Source: Candidatus Heimdallarchaeota archaeon
GTDB taxonomy: Archaea > Asgardarchaeota > Heimdallarchaeia > Heimdallarchaeales > Heimdallarchaeaceae
Direction: 5' to 3'
Assembly: GCA_019057815.1 (NCBI GenBank)
Contig: JAHLWR010000014.1
Coordinates: forward strand, 1-64,000
DNA: 64,000 nucleotides
Below are positions 48,119-59,042 of this stretch, piece after piece; positions within the stretch are counted from its first letter, which is position 1, and every line of letters begins with the position of its first letter. Both the position numbers and the translations under genes were made by a program. The notes below the pieces were generated by a model. The model did not search any database. It worked only from the letters and a program-made list of their open reading frames with translations, and was not told the origin of the DNA.

Positions 48119-48458
48119 AGGTTTTCTGAATATTTTCAATTTTATAACAGATAAAACTTTTATTCCAATATATCTTGCAATGAACGAACATTTGTTTTGA
48201 AGCAGAAAAAAGAGGTTAAAGAAGGAGAGTGTGGAGGAAAAATGCCCAAAAAAAGGTATGAAATGTATAGGCAGCGGAAAGATATCAACCACCTATACAT
48301 TTGTTGGCTAGGGGTTTTCTTTGGGCAAAGCAACATTGTTAAGTTTTTAATATATAGTTTCTAGTAGTTTTTTCCGCGATAAAAATACTAAAATATCGGT
48401 TTTCAACTTAATTTTCCAATTCTTTAAATATTTAAAACTGAATCATTTTTAGTGTAAA

Positions 48459-49310
48459 ATGAAAACTAACTCTATTTATGTTGGTTGTACTGGTTTCAAC
48501 TATAACAGCTGGAAATCGAAATTTGGCGGTTTCTATCCTCCTAGAGTAGATAATAAGCATCTTTTAGATTTTTATGTTACTCTGTTCTCTTGCTGTGAAA
48601 TTAATTCCACGTTTTATAACATACCAAAATTAGAAACTACCCAAAGATGGGCAAAATCTTTACCAGAAGAATTTATTATAACTGCAAAACTCCCTAAAAT
48701 AATCTCCCAAGCTGAAAACTTAGCTGCAACTGAAAATGAACTCTTATTTTTTCTGAATGCAATGGAACCTTTGAGAAAAAATCTTGGTCCTTTTATTCTC
48801 CAATGCTACCCGAATTTTGATAAAAACAATTTTTCATTCCAGCATTTAGAAGAATTCCTGGATTTCTATCCCCTAGATAAGTTCGAACTTGCAGTAGAAC
48901 TAAGACATACCTCCTGGTATGATGAAGACACATTTGATCTCCTTAACAAAAAGAATGTTGGAATTGTCAGTTCATACTTGCCTTATCTACCATTCGACCT
49001 TTTTGAAGAAGTAAAAAAGGAATATTGTTACATTCGCTTAATAGGTTCACACAATCAGGAAATTGAACTTGGAAAAGAGGGAGTTAATAGAGAAGAACAT
49101 TATATTGAAATCATTTCTAGATTTACTGAATTAATGAGAAATAAGAAAAAATTTGGTGCTTATGTAATGGTTAATAACCACTATTCAGGTTATGCTCCTC
49201 CTATTGCTAAAAATATTATAGAAAAATTCATCGAATTTGGTTATAAACCTATAGAACCTCTCGTAACAGCTTATAAAGGGCAATCTAATTTATCAGACTT
49301 TTTCTCATGA
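48459..49310 (+). CDS. DUF72 (YecE-like) protein with C-terminal PIP box
   Basis: VGCTGFNYNSW, EINSTFYNIP, VELRHTSW, YIRLIG, NNHYSG. Ends QSNLSDFFS. Confidence 0.92.
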   Translation: MKTNSIYVGCTGFNYNSWKSKFGGFYPPRVDNKHLLDFYVTLFSCCEINSTFYNIPKLETTQRWAKSLPEEFIITAKLPKIISQAENLAATENELLFFLNAMEPLRKNLGPFILQCYPNFDKNNFSFQHLEEFLDFYPLDKFELAVELRHTSWYDEDTFDLLNKKNVGIVSSYLPYLPFDLFEEVKKEYCYIRLIGSHNQEIELGKEGVNREEHYIEIISRFTELMRNKKKFGAYVMVNNHYSGYAPPIAKNIIEKFIEFGYKPIEPLVTAYKGQSNLSDFFS

Positions 49311-49491
49311 AAAAGAAAAAACCAAAAAATAGTTTTTATATTTGAATTTTTACATTTTTTTTACTTATTTACTTGAAATATAAACATGAAATCATAGAAA
49401 AGGCAACTATTATGGATAATAATCAAGAAAAACTACTACTTCTTTAAGAATTTTATTACTGTATCTGAAAAACTAATAATATTTAAAAAGA

Positions 49492-49866
49492 TCAACTCGT
49501 GTTAGAATTAAAAAGCTCCTTTACCATCCTTTTTAATTCACTAATTCTTATTGGTTTTCTAATAACGTCTATAGCTCCTGCTTGGAGCATCTGTTGTTGC
49601 AGTTTTCCACCAAAAGCTGATATTCCCAGAATTTGAATTTGGGGGTATCTGTTACTTATTATTTTAGTAGCTTCTGTTCCATCTAAAACAGGCATTTTTA
49701 TATCCATCAAAATTAGGTCTGGTAACCAAGTTTCAACAGTTTCAACAGCAATTTTACCATTTATAGCTGTTTTAATTACATAAGATTTTAATGCAATAGA
49801 GAAAATTGTAATAACGTCCTCATTATCGTCAACTATTAATATCCTCTTATTATTCACAAGAGACAA
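49492..49866 (-). CDS. Single-domain response regulator (REC)
   Basis: ILIVDDN, ILMDIKMPVLDG, ISAF, RKPI. Confidence 0.92.
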   Translation of the reverse strand: MSLVNNKRILIVDDNEDVITIFSIALKSYVIKTAINGKIAVETVETWLPDLILMDIKMPVLDGTEATKIISNRYPQIQILGISAFGGKLQQQMLQAGAIDVIRKPIRISELKRMVKELFNSNTS

Positions 49867-50076
49867 ACCTTAATCTTAATGGTTAATTTTAGTATCTAGT
49901 ATTATTTAAGCTTGTTGTCAAACTATAGAATAATATAATTCCTTTTTAATAAATGCACATAATATCGATTTTAATAATGAAAAGATATTAATAGAAATGA
50001 GGAAAAAATCATTTGTACAACAAATTTTGTAAGAATTCAAAAATTAAGATTTTCACAACTTAATACAATTCTTTTA

Positions 50077-50610
50077 CTATTTATAAATCTCTAATAACAA
50101 TGTACCTAGTAATTCAAAACACTCCTTCACGTTTAAACCGTAAAGAGCTGAAGTTTCTAGATATAATTCATGAGAAAAATTTACAGAGTCTAGTATTTCT
50201 TTGACCATATTTTCAGTAATTGTTCTCTCTTCTAAATCTGCTTTATTACCTAATATTACAATAGGACTATTTTCAACACTTGATTCTCTGAATTCTTGCA
50301 TCCAATTTGGAATATCTTTCAAAGATTGAATGTTTGTTAAATCAAAAAGCAACAATGCTCCGTAAGCTCCCTCATAGAATTTTGATCTAAATGATTTAAA
50401 TATCTTCTGTCCTGCTATATCAAATATTTGAAAAACTATGGAATTATTCCCGATATTTGTCCCATACGATGTAATATTTACACCTATAGTTGTAATATAT
50501 TGTTCTGGGGAATATCCTTTCGTATAGCGAGTGATAAGAGTTGTCTTTCCTGCTGAACTATTCCCTAGAACCAGAATTTTAAAAATTCTCTTTTTTTCTT
50601 TTTCCATCAC
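50077..50610 (-). CDS. Rab-like small GTPase
   Basis: G1 GNSSAGKT, G2 TTIGVN, G3 DIAGQ, G4 NKAD, G5 ETSAL, RabF-like FYEGA and LLFDL. No C-terminal Cys. Confidence 0.92.
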   Translation of the reverse strand: MMEKEKKRIFKILVLGNSSAGKTTLITRYTKGYSPEQYITTIGVNITSYGTNIGNNSIVFQIFDIAGQKIFKSFRSKFYEGAYGALLLFDLTNIQSLKDIPNWMQEFRESSVENSPIVILGNKADLEERTITENMVKEILDSVNFSHELYLETSALYGLNVKECFELLGTLLLEIYK

Positions 50611-50697
50611 TTAATTGATGTAAAGGAATTTTTAAACTTTTACTTGTAATTCTAATACAGCTCTCAGTATATACAAATTTAGAGTATGTACTTATTT

Positions 50698-52770
50698 TTA
50701 AAAAGTCCTATAAATTATTGCTTCTATTTTGTTAATCTTACTTTGATTCAGAATTTTTGTGATCTGTTCACTTTTTTGTAAATCCTGCCAAATATTTGAA
50801 TTCTTAATATTTGTGATGAAATTTTCTATTCTTTTTGAAGCTGTATATGATTCACCCTTGTAAACATAACAAAAATATAATGATGCAATCTTTTTTATGA
50901 TTATACTATTCTCTTCATGTTTAATACGATCTATACAACCAGAAACCCCAAATGCTTCTTGAATGAAATTGTTTATAGCTGATATAAAACCTGCAACAAG
51001 CATATCGTTAAAATCTTGGGACATAGCAAAATTTTTTGAATAAATAGGAATTCCTGATTCTGATAAGAGTAAAAGAATAATAGGTTCTTCATCCTGTTCT
51101 TCTAATATTTCTAGTTCTTTTTGTTTCCACATATTGCTTACTATTTCATCGAATTTTGTAGTTTTAATACGCTCAATTAGAGAAACATCCTTTTTTTCTA
51201 GTTCTTCCCATAGTTCTAATTTCTCAAGTAACAGATCATGTTCTTTAGAAATTTTCCTTGCTAGTTTTGTTAACCCCTTTTCTTCTGCTATAATTTATGC
51301 TTGAGTTAACAAATGTCTAGCTTCATTCAAATCAAACTGTATTGCAGATAATTGTGAATGTAGCCAATAAGTTTCAGCAAGTAAGTGATAATTACTCTGC
51401 GCTTTAGCAATCTTAATTAAATCCTGAAAAATAAGTTGAGCCTCTATCAGAGCTTCTTTATCACCATAATGACTAATTTCAGAAATAAGTAATTCAAATT
51501 TGTTGAGTAAAGCTATAACAGTTAATCTATGGTCTACTACTTCTTCACTAATTAACTGTGTAAGAAGAATTTCTGCTTGAACTCTATCTCTAGCGTGAGT
51601 ACTAGTTTTTAGTTTTAGTGCATGAGCAATTTGATAACGTTGGCTGACAATTTTGTTTTCTTCCTGTTCATGAATTTGTTTTAGTAGTTGTAAGTACTCT
51701 TGGGTTTGATCATAAGAATGCATGTTAATAGATAAAATAACTAGAAAAAAGAGAACCTCAGCTAAATCGATTTTGTTTCCTAATTCTTCAAAAAGAACTA
51801 CGCTTCGTTCAAAGTGATTAAAAGCTTTGTTCAGCTCGTCTTTCTGTTGATAAATTACCCCCATATTAGTGATAGAATAAGCTATGAATAGCTTATTACC
51901 AAGTACTTCACTTATTACTAAAGATTGTTGCAAGAATTCCAATGCACGATCTAATTCGCCTTTATCTTTGTATAGATCACCCATATTAACAAGAATAATT
52001 GTATTTCCTCTCTTATCACCTAATTTCTCATTTATTGTTAAAGCTTGACTGTAATTATCTAATGCTTTATCTAATTCACCTTGAAGTTTGTAGATAACTC
52101 CTATATTAACAAAAGACCTAGCCATCCTCTCTTCATTTACTAATTCTTCACTTATTTTCAAACTCCTCTGGAAACAAACTAAAGCATGATCCAGTTCACC
52201 TTTTCGCGTGTAAATTTGTCCAGTACCATTTAGTATTTTCGTAATGTCTTGCTTATTACCTAATACTTCGTTTATCATTAAACTCTGCTGGAAACAATCT
52301 AAAGCTCGATCCAATTCATCTTTATGCAAAAGAGCTACTCCTTTATGAAGCAATAATGCAGCTTTTCGTGGTTTTTTTCCAGATAGTGGTTTTATTTCTA
52401 ATCTTTGAAGTACTTTTTCCCCTTGCTCAACAACTTCTAATCCTCTATCATATTGACCAAGGAGCCATAATGCTTCTGCCATAATTATTAAAGCATCGAC
52501 TTTAATCTCTTCTCTTTCTTCCCCTTCCATTTCTTCAATGTGTTCTTCTTCTCTTACGACTTGTTGTGCTATATTCAATGCGGTTTTATGATCACTCTGT
52601 CCAAGCAAGCATCTACTCTTTACAATTTTACATCTTAAATAGAATGCATTCATAGGAGCTTGTTTTTCTATCTCTTCTACTTCTTTTAATGCATCCTCGT
52701 ATCTTCCCTCTAAAATCAGCTGTTCAATTCTTTCTAGATTCATAAACCCTATTACCTTTGTTTCGTTCAA
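50698..52770 (-). pseudogene. TPR plus longin-like protein interrupted by one in-frame TAA (51295-51297)
   Basis: Reads ...HLLTQA*IIAEEKGLTKLARKISKEHD... continuing in frame into ORF 50698-51132. The paralogue has CAA (Gln) at this position. Confidence 0.8.
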
Positions 52771-52898
52771 ATATAAGAATTTCTAATAGAATCAATTCTT
52801 TTGGTTATCTATGATTCAAGTCAGATTCGAATATATATATATGCATTAGAAGAATCCCATTGAAAGGGCTTAATACAGCATATTTTCACAATTAATTC

Positions 52899-55085
52899 TT
52901 AGTTTGCAGGAAAGATATTTTCTATCATTGTTTCGACTCTGTTAATCTCACTTTGACTAAAACCTTTGGTAATCATTTCACTATCTTGTAAATAATCCAA
53001 TATAGGAGAATTGTTAATTTCCTTGATGAAACGTTCAAGTTTTGAAGAAGCAGCGTATGATCCACCTTTAAAGACATAGCAGATAAACATTGATTCAATG
53101 TGTTTTATCAGAATAGTATTTTCTTTATGTTTAATACGATCTATGTATCCAGAAACTCCAAAAGCATCTTGAATGAAATTGTTTATAGCTGATATAAAGC
53201 CTGCAACAAGCATATCATCAATTTCTTGGGACATAGCAAAATTTTTAGAGTAAATTGGAATTCCAGTCTCATATAATAATATTAAAACAATTGGTTCTTC
53301 TTCTTGTTCTTCTAACATTTCCAGCTCCTTTTTCATCCGTATTTTTTTAACTAATTCTTCTAATTTTGCTATTTTCTCACCTTCAATAAGAGAATTATCC
53401 ATCTTTGATAATTCTTCCCATTGTTCTATTTGAATTAATAAATTATCATGCTCACTGGATAATTTAACAGCTAGTCGAGAGAGACCCTTCTCTTCTGCAA
53501 TAATTTGAGCTTGAGTTAGCAAATGCCTTGCTACATTAAAATCATATTGCACTATAGCCAACTGTGCTTGTAACCAATAAGATTCAGTAAACAATAGATA
53601 TGAATTTTGCATTTTAGCAATCTTAATTAGGTTACTAGACAACAAATGAGCTTCTCTCAAAACTTCCTGATTACCATAATGACTAAATTCTGAAATAAGT
53701 AATTCAAACAAACAGAGCAGAGCTACAACTTTTAATTCATTATCTACACCTTCTTCGCTCAATATCTGCTCAAAAAGCTCTCCAGCCTCAACTCTAGAAC
53801 GAACACGTGTGCTCGTTTTTAGAATTAATGCTTTTGATAGAATAAAGAGATGATTAATGTACTTGCTATCTTCTTTCCTATTAATTTGTTCTATCTCATC
53901 TAGTAACTTATTTGCCTTTTCTAGTGAATTCACATCAATATATGTGCAAATTAGATGAAATAAAATCCAAACCTTATAATAATTGTCTCCTATGTTCTCA
54001 AAAATCTCAAGTCCTTTACTAAAGTAATCAATTGCTAACTCTGCATTATCTTTTTTCCTATAAGTCTCTCCAATATTGGTATATAGCCAAGCCAAGCTCA
54101 ATTCATTTTCTAATTCTTCATAAATCTTTGAACTTGCTTGGTAATATTCAAGTGCTTTATCTAACTCACCCATCTTTGTATATATTATACCTATACTGAG
54201 TAGAGATGTTGGAGTGTCTTGAACATTTCCTATTTCTTCACTTATTGCTAAACTCTTGATGAAATCATCTAAAGCTCCCTTAATATCACCAGTTTTTCCT
54301 TTAACAACACCTAGAGTATTAAGAGTTTGTGCAATACCAATTTGATCCCCCATCTCTTCTCTTAATGCCAAACCTTTTCTTAAAAACTCAAAAGACAGAT
54401 GGAACTCCTCTTTATGGTGGTAATATACTCCATAATTACGATAAGATTCAGCTAAACCAGTTTTGTCTCCTATCTCTTCTCTAATTTTCATACTTTGTTG
54501 ATAATAGTCAAATGAACGATTATGATCACCTTTAATTGTGTAACTAACTCCAATATTACCTAATGTGTTAGCAATATTTTGCTTGTTATCTAGTTGTTCA
54601 TATAATTTTAAACTCCTTTCAAAAACGGATATAGACTTATCCAGATTTCCTTCAAGAAAAAATTGACAACCCTTTTGATATAAAATTGAAGCTTCTCTTG
54701 ATTTATGCTTAAGATGCCTTTCTTTTTGCAATTCTTTGAGGATGTTCATACTTTTTTCTATAACTTCTTGACTTTTATTATATTCACCAAAATATTGCAG
54801 TATTTCTGCTTTTACTAGTAAGGAATCTATTAACAGTCCTTTCTTTTGTGTTTCTTGTAAATCATCAATTGAATTTTGAATTAGACTAAAAGCTTTTTCC
54901 AACGCCCCTATCTTTATCAGATTTTTACTTCTTAATATTCTACATCTTATTCTTTCATTTACTTTTTTTTGTTCTTTTTCTATCTTCTCAAGCTCTTCAA
55001 TAGCTTCAATAATTTTTCCCTCAAGTACTAGACTATTGATTTTCTGATTGTTAGTTGAATTAGAGATAGAGATCACCAACTCCAT
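52899..55085 (-). CDS. TPR protein with C-terminal longin/roadblock-like domain
   Basis: Multiple TPR_12-like repeats (ANTLGNIG, AQTLNTLG), then LILLYETGIPIYS...LVAGFISAINNF. Confidence 0.85.
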   Translation of the reverse strand: MELVISISNSTNNQKINSLVLEGKIIEAIEELEKIEKEQKKVNERIRCRILRSKNLIKIGALEKAFSLIQNSIDDLQETQKKGLLIDSLLVKAEILQYFGEYNKSQEVIEKSMNILKELQKERHLKHKSREASILYQKGCQFFLEGNLDKSISVFERSLKLYEQLDNKQNIANTLGNIGVSYTIKGDHNRSFDYYQQSMKIREEIGDKTGLAESYRNYGVYYHHKEEFHLSFEFLRKGLALREEMGDQIGIAQTLNTLGVVKGKTGDIKGALDDFIKSLAISEEIGNVQDTPTSLLSIGIIYTKMGELDKALEYYQASSKIYEELENELSLAWLYTNIGETYRKKDNAELAIDYFSKGLEIFENIGDNYYKVWILFHLICTYIDVNSLEKANKLLDEIEQINRKEDSKYINHLFILSKALILKTSTRVRSRVEAGELFEQILSEEGVDNELKVVALLCLFELLISEFSHYGNQEVLREAHLLSSNLIKIAKMQNSYLLFTESYWLQAQLAIVQYDFNVARHLLTQAQIIAEEKGLSRLAVKLSSEHDNLLIQIEQWEELSKMDNSLIEGEKIAKLEELVKKIRMKKELEMLEEQEEEPIVLILLYETGIPIYSKNFAMSQEIDDMLVAGFISAINNFIQDAFGVSGYIDRIKHKENTILIKHIESMFICYVFKGGSYAASSKLERFIKEINNSPILDYLQDSEMITKGFSQSEINRVETMIENIFPAN

Positions 55086-55362
55086 TCAAAGTAATTCCTA
55101 CAATTACGGTATATCTACAGAATCCCTATCATATTGTACATTTACTAATATATACACTTTCTCTTTTACTTTCTCTAACTTAATTCAAAAATTGAATTAA
55201 TGATCAAAAAAATTAGATGTTTTATTGATATCAAAATGATGTGTAATAATTGTTATATATTGATAAAGAAATATTTACTCATTAAGGAGTACTATCATCA
55301 AAATCTTCTTAATCACGAGGATTGTTTGTTTCTATTTAACAGAACAGAGATAGTGAATAAAT

Positions 55363-58300
55363 ATGAATATTGAGGATATTAAAACTCAACAACTATTTGA
55401 TTTAACAGAAGTAATATTTATCGTAATTAAAAACGATCTAAATCTTGCTATTATTAACAAAAAAGGACTGGAAATTCTAGAATATACAGAAGATGAAATT
55501 ATAGGAAATAAATGGTTTGATAATTTTCTACCTAATAGGTCTATTAAAGAAGTAAAAACTTACTTTACTAACGTTTTCAAAGGAAATATTAAACTTTCTG
55601 AATATTATGAATATCCTTTATTGACGAAGGCTGGTGAAGAGAAAGCGATTGCTTGGTATAATTCTCATATTAGAAGTAAAGATGACGAAATAATTGGTAT
55701 CCTTTCTACTGGTATAGATATTACCAAGCAAAAGAAATCGGAAGAAATGCTAAAATCTTCAGAAGCATTATATAAAACATTATTTGAATCAACTGGAACA
55801 GGAGCAATACTAATTGAAGAAAATGGAACCATCTCATTATGTAATACGAAATTTGAAGAAATCACTGGATATTCAAAAGAAGAAGTAGAAGGGAAAAGAA
55901 ATTGGATGGAATTGTTTCCAAAAAGTGAGCTTGAAAGATTAATTGAATTTTCCCGCAAAACTAGAGAGGAGCATTCTTTGTTACCTGTTGAAATTGAGAT
56001 AAAACTGGTGAACAAACAGAGTGAATTAAGGGATGTAATAATTGTCCTTAATATAATTAAAGAATCAAATCAAACTATAATCATATTTTTTGATATAACA
56101 GAAAGAAAACAAGTGGAATTACAAGTACAGAAGGAGAAATATAAAGCAAAAAGCTATCTAGATGTTGCTGCTGTTATGCTTGTAGCTTTTGATGTAAACG
56201 GAAATATAACTCTTATCAATCGTAAAGGATGTGAAACATTAGGTTATAAAGAAAGTGAAATATTAGAGCAAAACTGGGTTGATAACTTCATTCCATTGGA
56301 TTGGAGAGATAATGTCAAACAAGTTTTTAGTAAATTAATATATGATGATATTGAACCATTTAGGTATTATGAAAATCCTGTTCTTACAAAAGATGGTTCA
56401 GAACAGCTTATTGCATGGTATAATTCTGTTATTAAAGATGAAGAGCAGAACGTTATAGGAATTCTGAGTTCTGGGGAAGATATAACAGAAAAGAGAAAAG
56501 CACAAGAAGATCTTGCTTTTCTCTATCATCTAGAACAGATTTTTTCAAGAATATCAGCAGATTTTATTAGCATGTCTATTAATGACATTGATCAAGGAAT
56601 CAATAATTCTTTAGAGCAAATTGCAAATTTTACTGGTGCTTATCGTAGTTCAATAATTCACTTTTCAGAGGATTTTGAAACATTGAATTGCACTCATGAT
56701 TGGATTAGTGAATCGATGGTTTCTAAAATTCAGCCACTCTTAAATATCTCATCAGATACTTTTATGTTTTTCATTGATTTGCTTAAGAATAAAGAAAATA
56801 TTGTTGTTCAAAGTATTGACACTCTTCCTGTAGATGCAGTAAAAGAAAGAGAGTGGATGAAAACTAATGAAATACAAACAATGATACTAGTCCCTATGTT
56901 ATACGAAGATACTATGAGTGGAACCATTGCGATATTCCGAGAAACTGATCATGCACAAGCAAGACTTGAAAGATTATTTCCTCTTTTGCAATTTTCAGTA
57001 GATATGTTTGTTAGTGCATTAAAACGGAAAGAAGCAGAGGAAGTACTAGAAGAAAGTGAAGAAAGATATTCAACACTACTTCATGAGATGTTAAGTGGAT
57101 TTTCTTACCGTAAAGTTATTTTTGATGACGAAGGAAAACCGATTGATTTTGTTTTTCTTGAGGTAAACGATAACTATGAAAAATTAACTGGAATGAAGAG
57201 AGAAAATATTATAGGTAAAAGGTTTACTGAAATATATCCAAAAATTCAGTTTGATCAAGATTTTAATTGGTGTGAAGAATATGTAGAAGTGGCTATAACC
57301 GGTAAACCAAAGAGGTTTGTGAAATATCATACAGATCTTAATAGTTGGTTTGATATCTCTGTTTTTTCAATAGAGAAGGGATTCTTTGCTACAACTTTTG
57401 AAAACATAACAGATCGTATATTAGCTGAAAAGAAAATTAAAGAAAGTGAAGAGAAATATAGATCATTAGTAGAGACGATGAATGAAGGGTTATCAGTCAT
57501 TGATGAAAAACAAGTTAATACCTATGTAAATAAGAAATTGTGTGAAATTCTAGGATATACAGAATATGAGTTGCTGGGGGAACCTATGGCAGAATTTCTG
57601 ACTGAAGAAAGTCAAGAGATTTTTGCTAATCAGATGAAGGAAAGAAGAAAAGGTAAATATGAACCTTATGAGATGACTTGGAAGCGAAAGGATGGAACGA
57701 TTGCTCATACTCTTTTAGCACCAAAAATTTTGTTCAATGAAAAAGGAGATTATATCGGTTCTTTTGCAGTTATTACTGATATATCAAAACGTAAAAAAGC
57801 TGAAGAAGCTTTGAGAAAGCACAAAGATCATTTAGAAGAACTTGTGAAAGAGAGAACTGCTGAATTAGGACATTCAAATCAAGAATTAGAAGCTTTTACA
57901 TACACAGTATCGCATGATCTTCGAGCACCACTCCGAGCAATGCAAGGGTTTTCTCAAGCTTTACTAGAAGACTACGAGAGCGTTTTAGATGATGATGGTA
58001 AGGAATTTGCATCCAGGATAATTAACGCTGCAAATACAATGAATGAATTAATCACAGATTTACTGAATTATAGTAGAATAGGTCGCAAAAAAATAGATCT
58101 TATACCTATTTTACTATCAAAGCTAATTGAAGATGTTTTAAAACAACATGAAAATGAGATTAAGAAAAGTAAAACAAAAATTACATTAGAAAAGATAGAC
58201 TGCAACATTTTGGGTCAACATAGTCTAGTGTCTCAAATTATTGAAAATTTAGTATCAAACGCTCTGAAATTTAGAAAACCTGAGATTGATCTAACTATTA

Positions 58301-58566
58301 AAATTTGGACTGAGGATTATGGTGATAAAATACGCTTCTATATTAAAGATAATGGTATAGGAATTGATGAAGAATATTTCACAAAAATATTTCAAGTCTT
58401 TGAAAGATTACATAGTACTGAAAAGTATCCAGGGACAGGGATAGGATTAGCTACAGTGAAAAAAACAGCTGAATTATTAGGTGGTAAAGTTGGAGTAATT
58501 TCAACTTTGGGAGAGGGTTCAATATTTTGGGCAGACTTTTTAAAAGCAAAAGAGAAGGTACAGTAA
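55363..58566 (+). CDS. Cytoplasmic multi-PAS/GAF sensor histidine kinase
   Basis: About five PAS/PAC units (DIT.R/K), a GAF-like segment, H-box SHDLRAPL, N-box NLVSNALKF, DNGIG, GTGIGL. No TM. Confidence 0.93.
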   Translation: MNIEDIKTQQLFDLTEVIFIVIKNDLNLAIINKKGLEILEYTEDEIIGNKWFDNFLPNRSIKEVKTYFTNVFKGNIKLSEYYEYPLLTKAGEEKAIAWYNSHIRSKDDEIIGILSTGIDITKQKKSEEMLKSSEALYKTLFESTGTGAILIEENGTISLCNTKFEEITGYSKEEVEGKRNWMELFPKSELERLIEFSRKTREEHSLLPVEIEIKLVNKQSELRDVIIVLNIIKESNQTIIIFFDITERKQVELQVQKEKYKAKSYLDVAAVMLVAFDVNGNITLINRKGCETLGYKESEILEQNWVDNFIPLDWRDNVKQVFSKLIYDDIEPFRYYENPVLTKDGSEQLIAWYNSVIKDEEQNVIGILSSGEDITEKRKAQEDLAFLYHLEQIFSRISADFISMSINDIDQGINNSLEQIANFTGAYRSSIIHFSEDFETLNCTHDWISESMVSKIQPLLNISSDTFMFFIDLLKNKENIVVQSIDTLPVDAVKEREWMKTNEIQTMILVPMLYEDTMSGTIAIFRETDHAQARLERLFPLLQFSVDMFVSALKRKEAEEVLEESEERYSTLLHEMLSGFSYRKVIFDDEGKPIDFVFLEVNDNYEKLTGMKRENIIGKRFTEIYPKIQFDQDFNWCEEYVEVAITGKPKRFVKYHTDLNSWFDISVFSIEKGFFATTFENITDRILAEKKIKESEEKYRSLVETMNEGLSVIDEKQVNTYVNKKLCEILGYTEYELLGEPMAEFLTEESQEIFANQMKERRKGKYEPYEMTWKRKDGTIAHTLLAPKILFNEKGDYIGSFAVITDISKRKKAEEALRKHKDHLEELVKERTAELGHSNQELEAFTYTVSHDLRAPLRAMQGFSQALLEDYESVLDDDGKEFASRIINAANTMNELITDLLNYSRIGRKKIDLIPILLSKLIEDVLKQHENEIKKSKTKITLEKIDCNILGQHSLVSQIIENLVSNALKFRKPEIDLTIKIWTEDYGDKIRFYIKDNGIGIDEEYFTKIFQVFERLHSTEKYPGTGIGLATVKKTAELLGGKVGVISTLGEGSIFWADFLKAKEKVQ

Positions 58567-59003
58567 TGAAACAAAATTTAATTCTACTCGTAGAAGATGA
58601 TGGAAATGATATAATATTAATTAAAAGAGCCTTTAAAAAAGCGAAAACTATTAATCCTCTTGAAGTAGTTACTGATGGAGAGGAAGCAATAAACTATTTA
58701 AAAGGAGAAGGAAAGTATATTGATCGAATTCAATATCCCTTACCTATAATAATCCTTTTGGATTTAAAACTACCTTTAAAATCAGGTTTTGAAGTTTTAG
58801 AATGGATAAAAAAACAAGAGGGTTTAAAACGTATTCCAGTTGTCATCCTTACTTCTTCTTCAGAATCAAGAGATATCAATCGAGCATACGATTTAGGAGC
58901 GAATACATACCTAACAAAACCTGTATATTTTGCAGATTTGATAGAGATATTGAAGACTATTGATATCTATTGGCTAATATTAAGCGAGAAACCTGATGTT
59001 TAA
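58566..59003 (+). CDS. Response regulator (Rcp1-like REC)
   Basis: LLVEDD, LLDLKLP, IPVVILTSS, GANTYLTKP. ATG overlaps the kinase stop (TAATG). Confidence 0.92.
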   Translation: MKQNLILLVEDDGNDIILIKRAFKKAKTINPLEVVTDGEEAINYLKGEGKYIDRIQYPLPIIILLDLKLPLKSGFEVLEWIKKQEGLKRIPVVILTSSSESRDINRAYDLGANTYLTKPVYFADLIEILKTIDIYWLILSEKPDV

Positions 59004-59042
59004 TATATATATTAAATTAATAATTATGAAAGGTGTGGTCAA

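Noticed and set aside
16337-50610. Prenylation pathway linking the ICMT-family protein and the Rab-like GTPase
   Set aside because: The GTPase has no C-terminal Cys motif, ICMT/PEMT homologues are widespread in prokaryotes, and the genes are 33 kb apart.
28938-51297. TAA recoded as Gln (two in-frame TAA codons)
   Set aside because: Many intact genes in the window end in TAA at their expected C-termini, so point mutation or assembly error is simpler.
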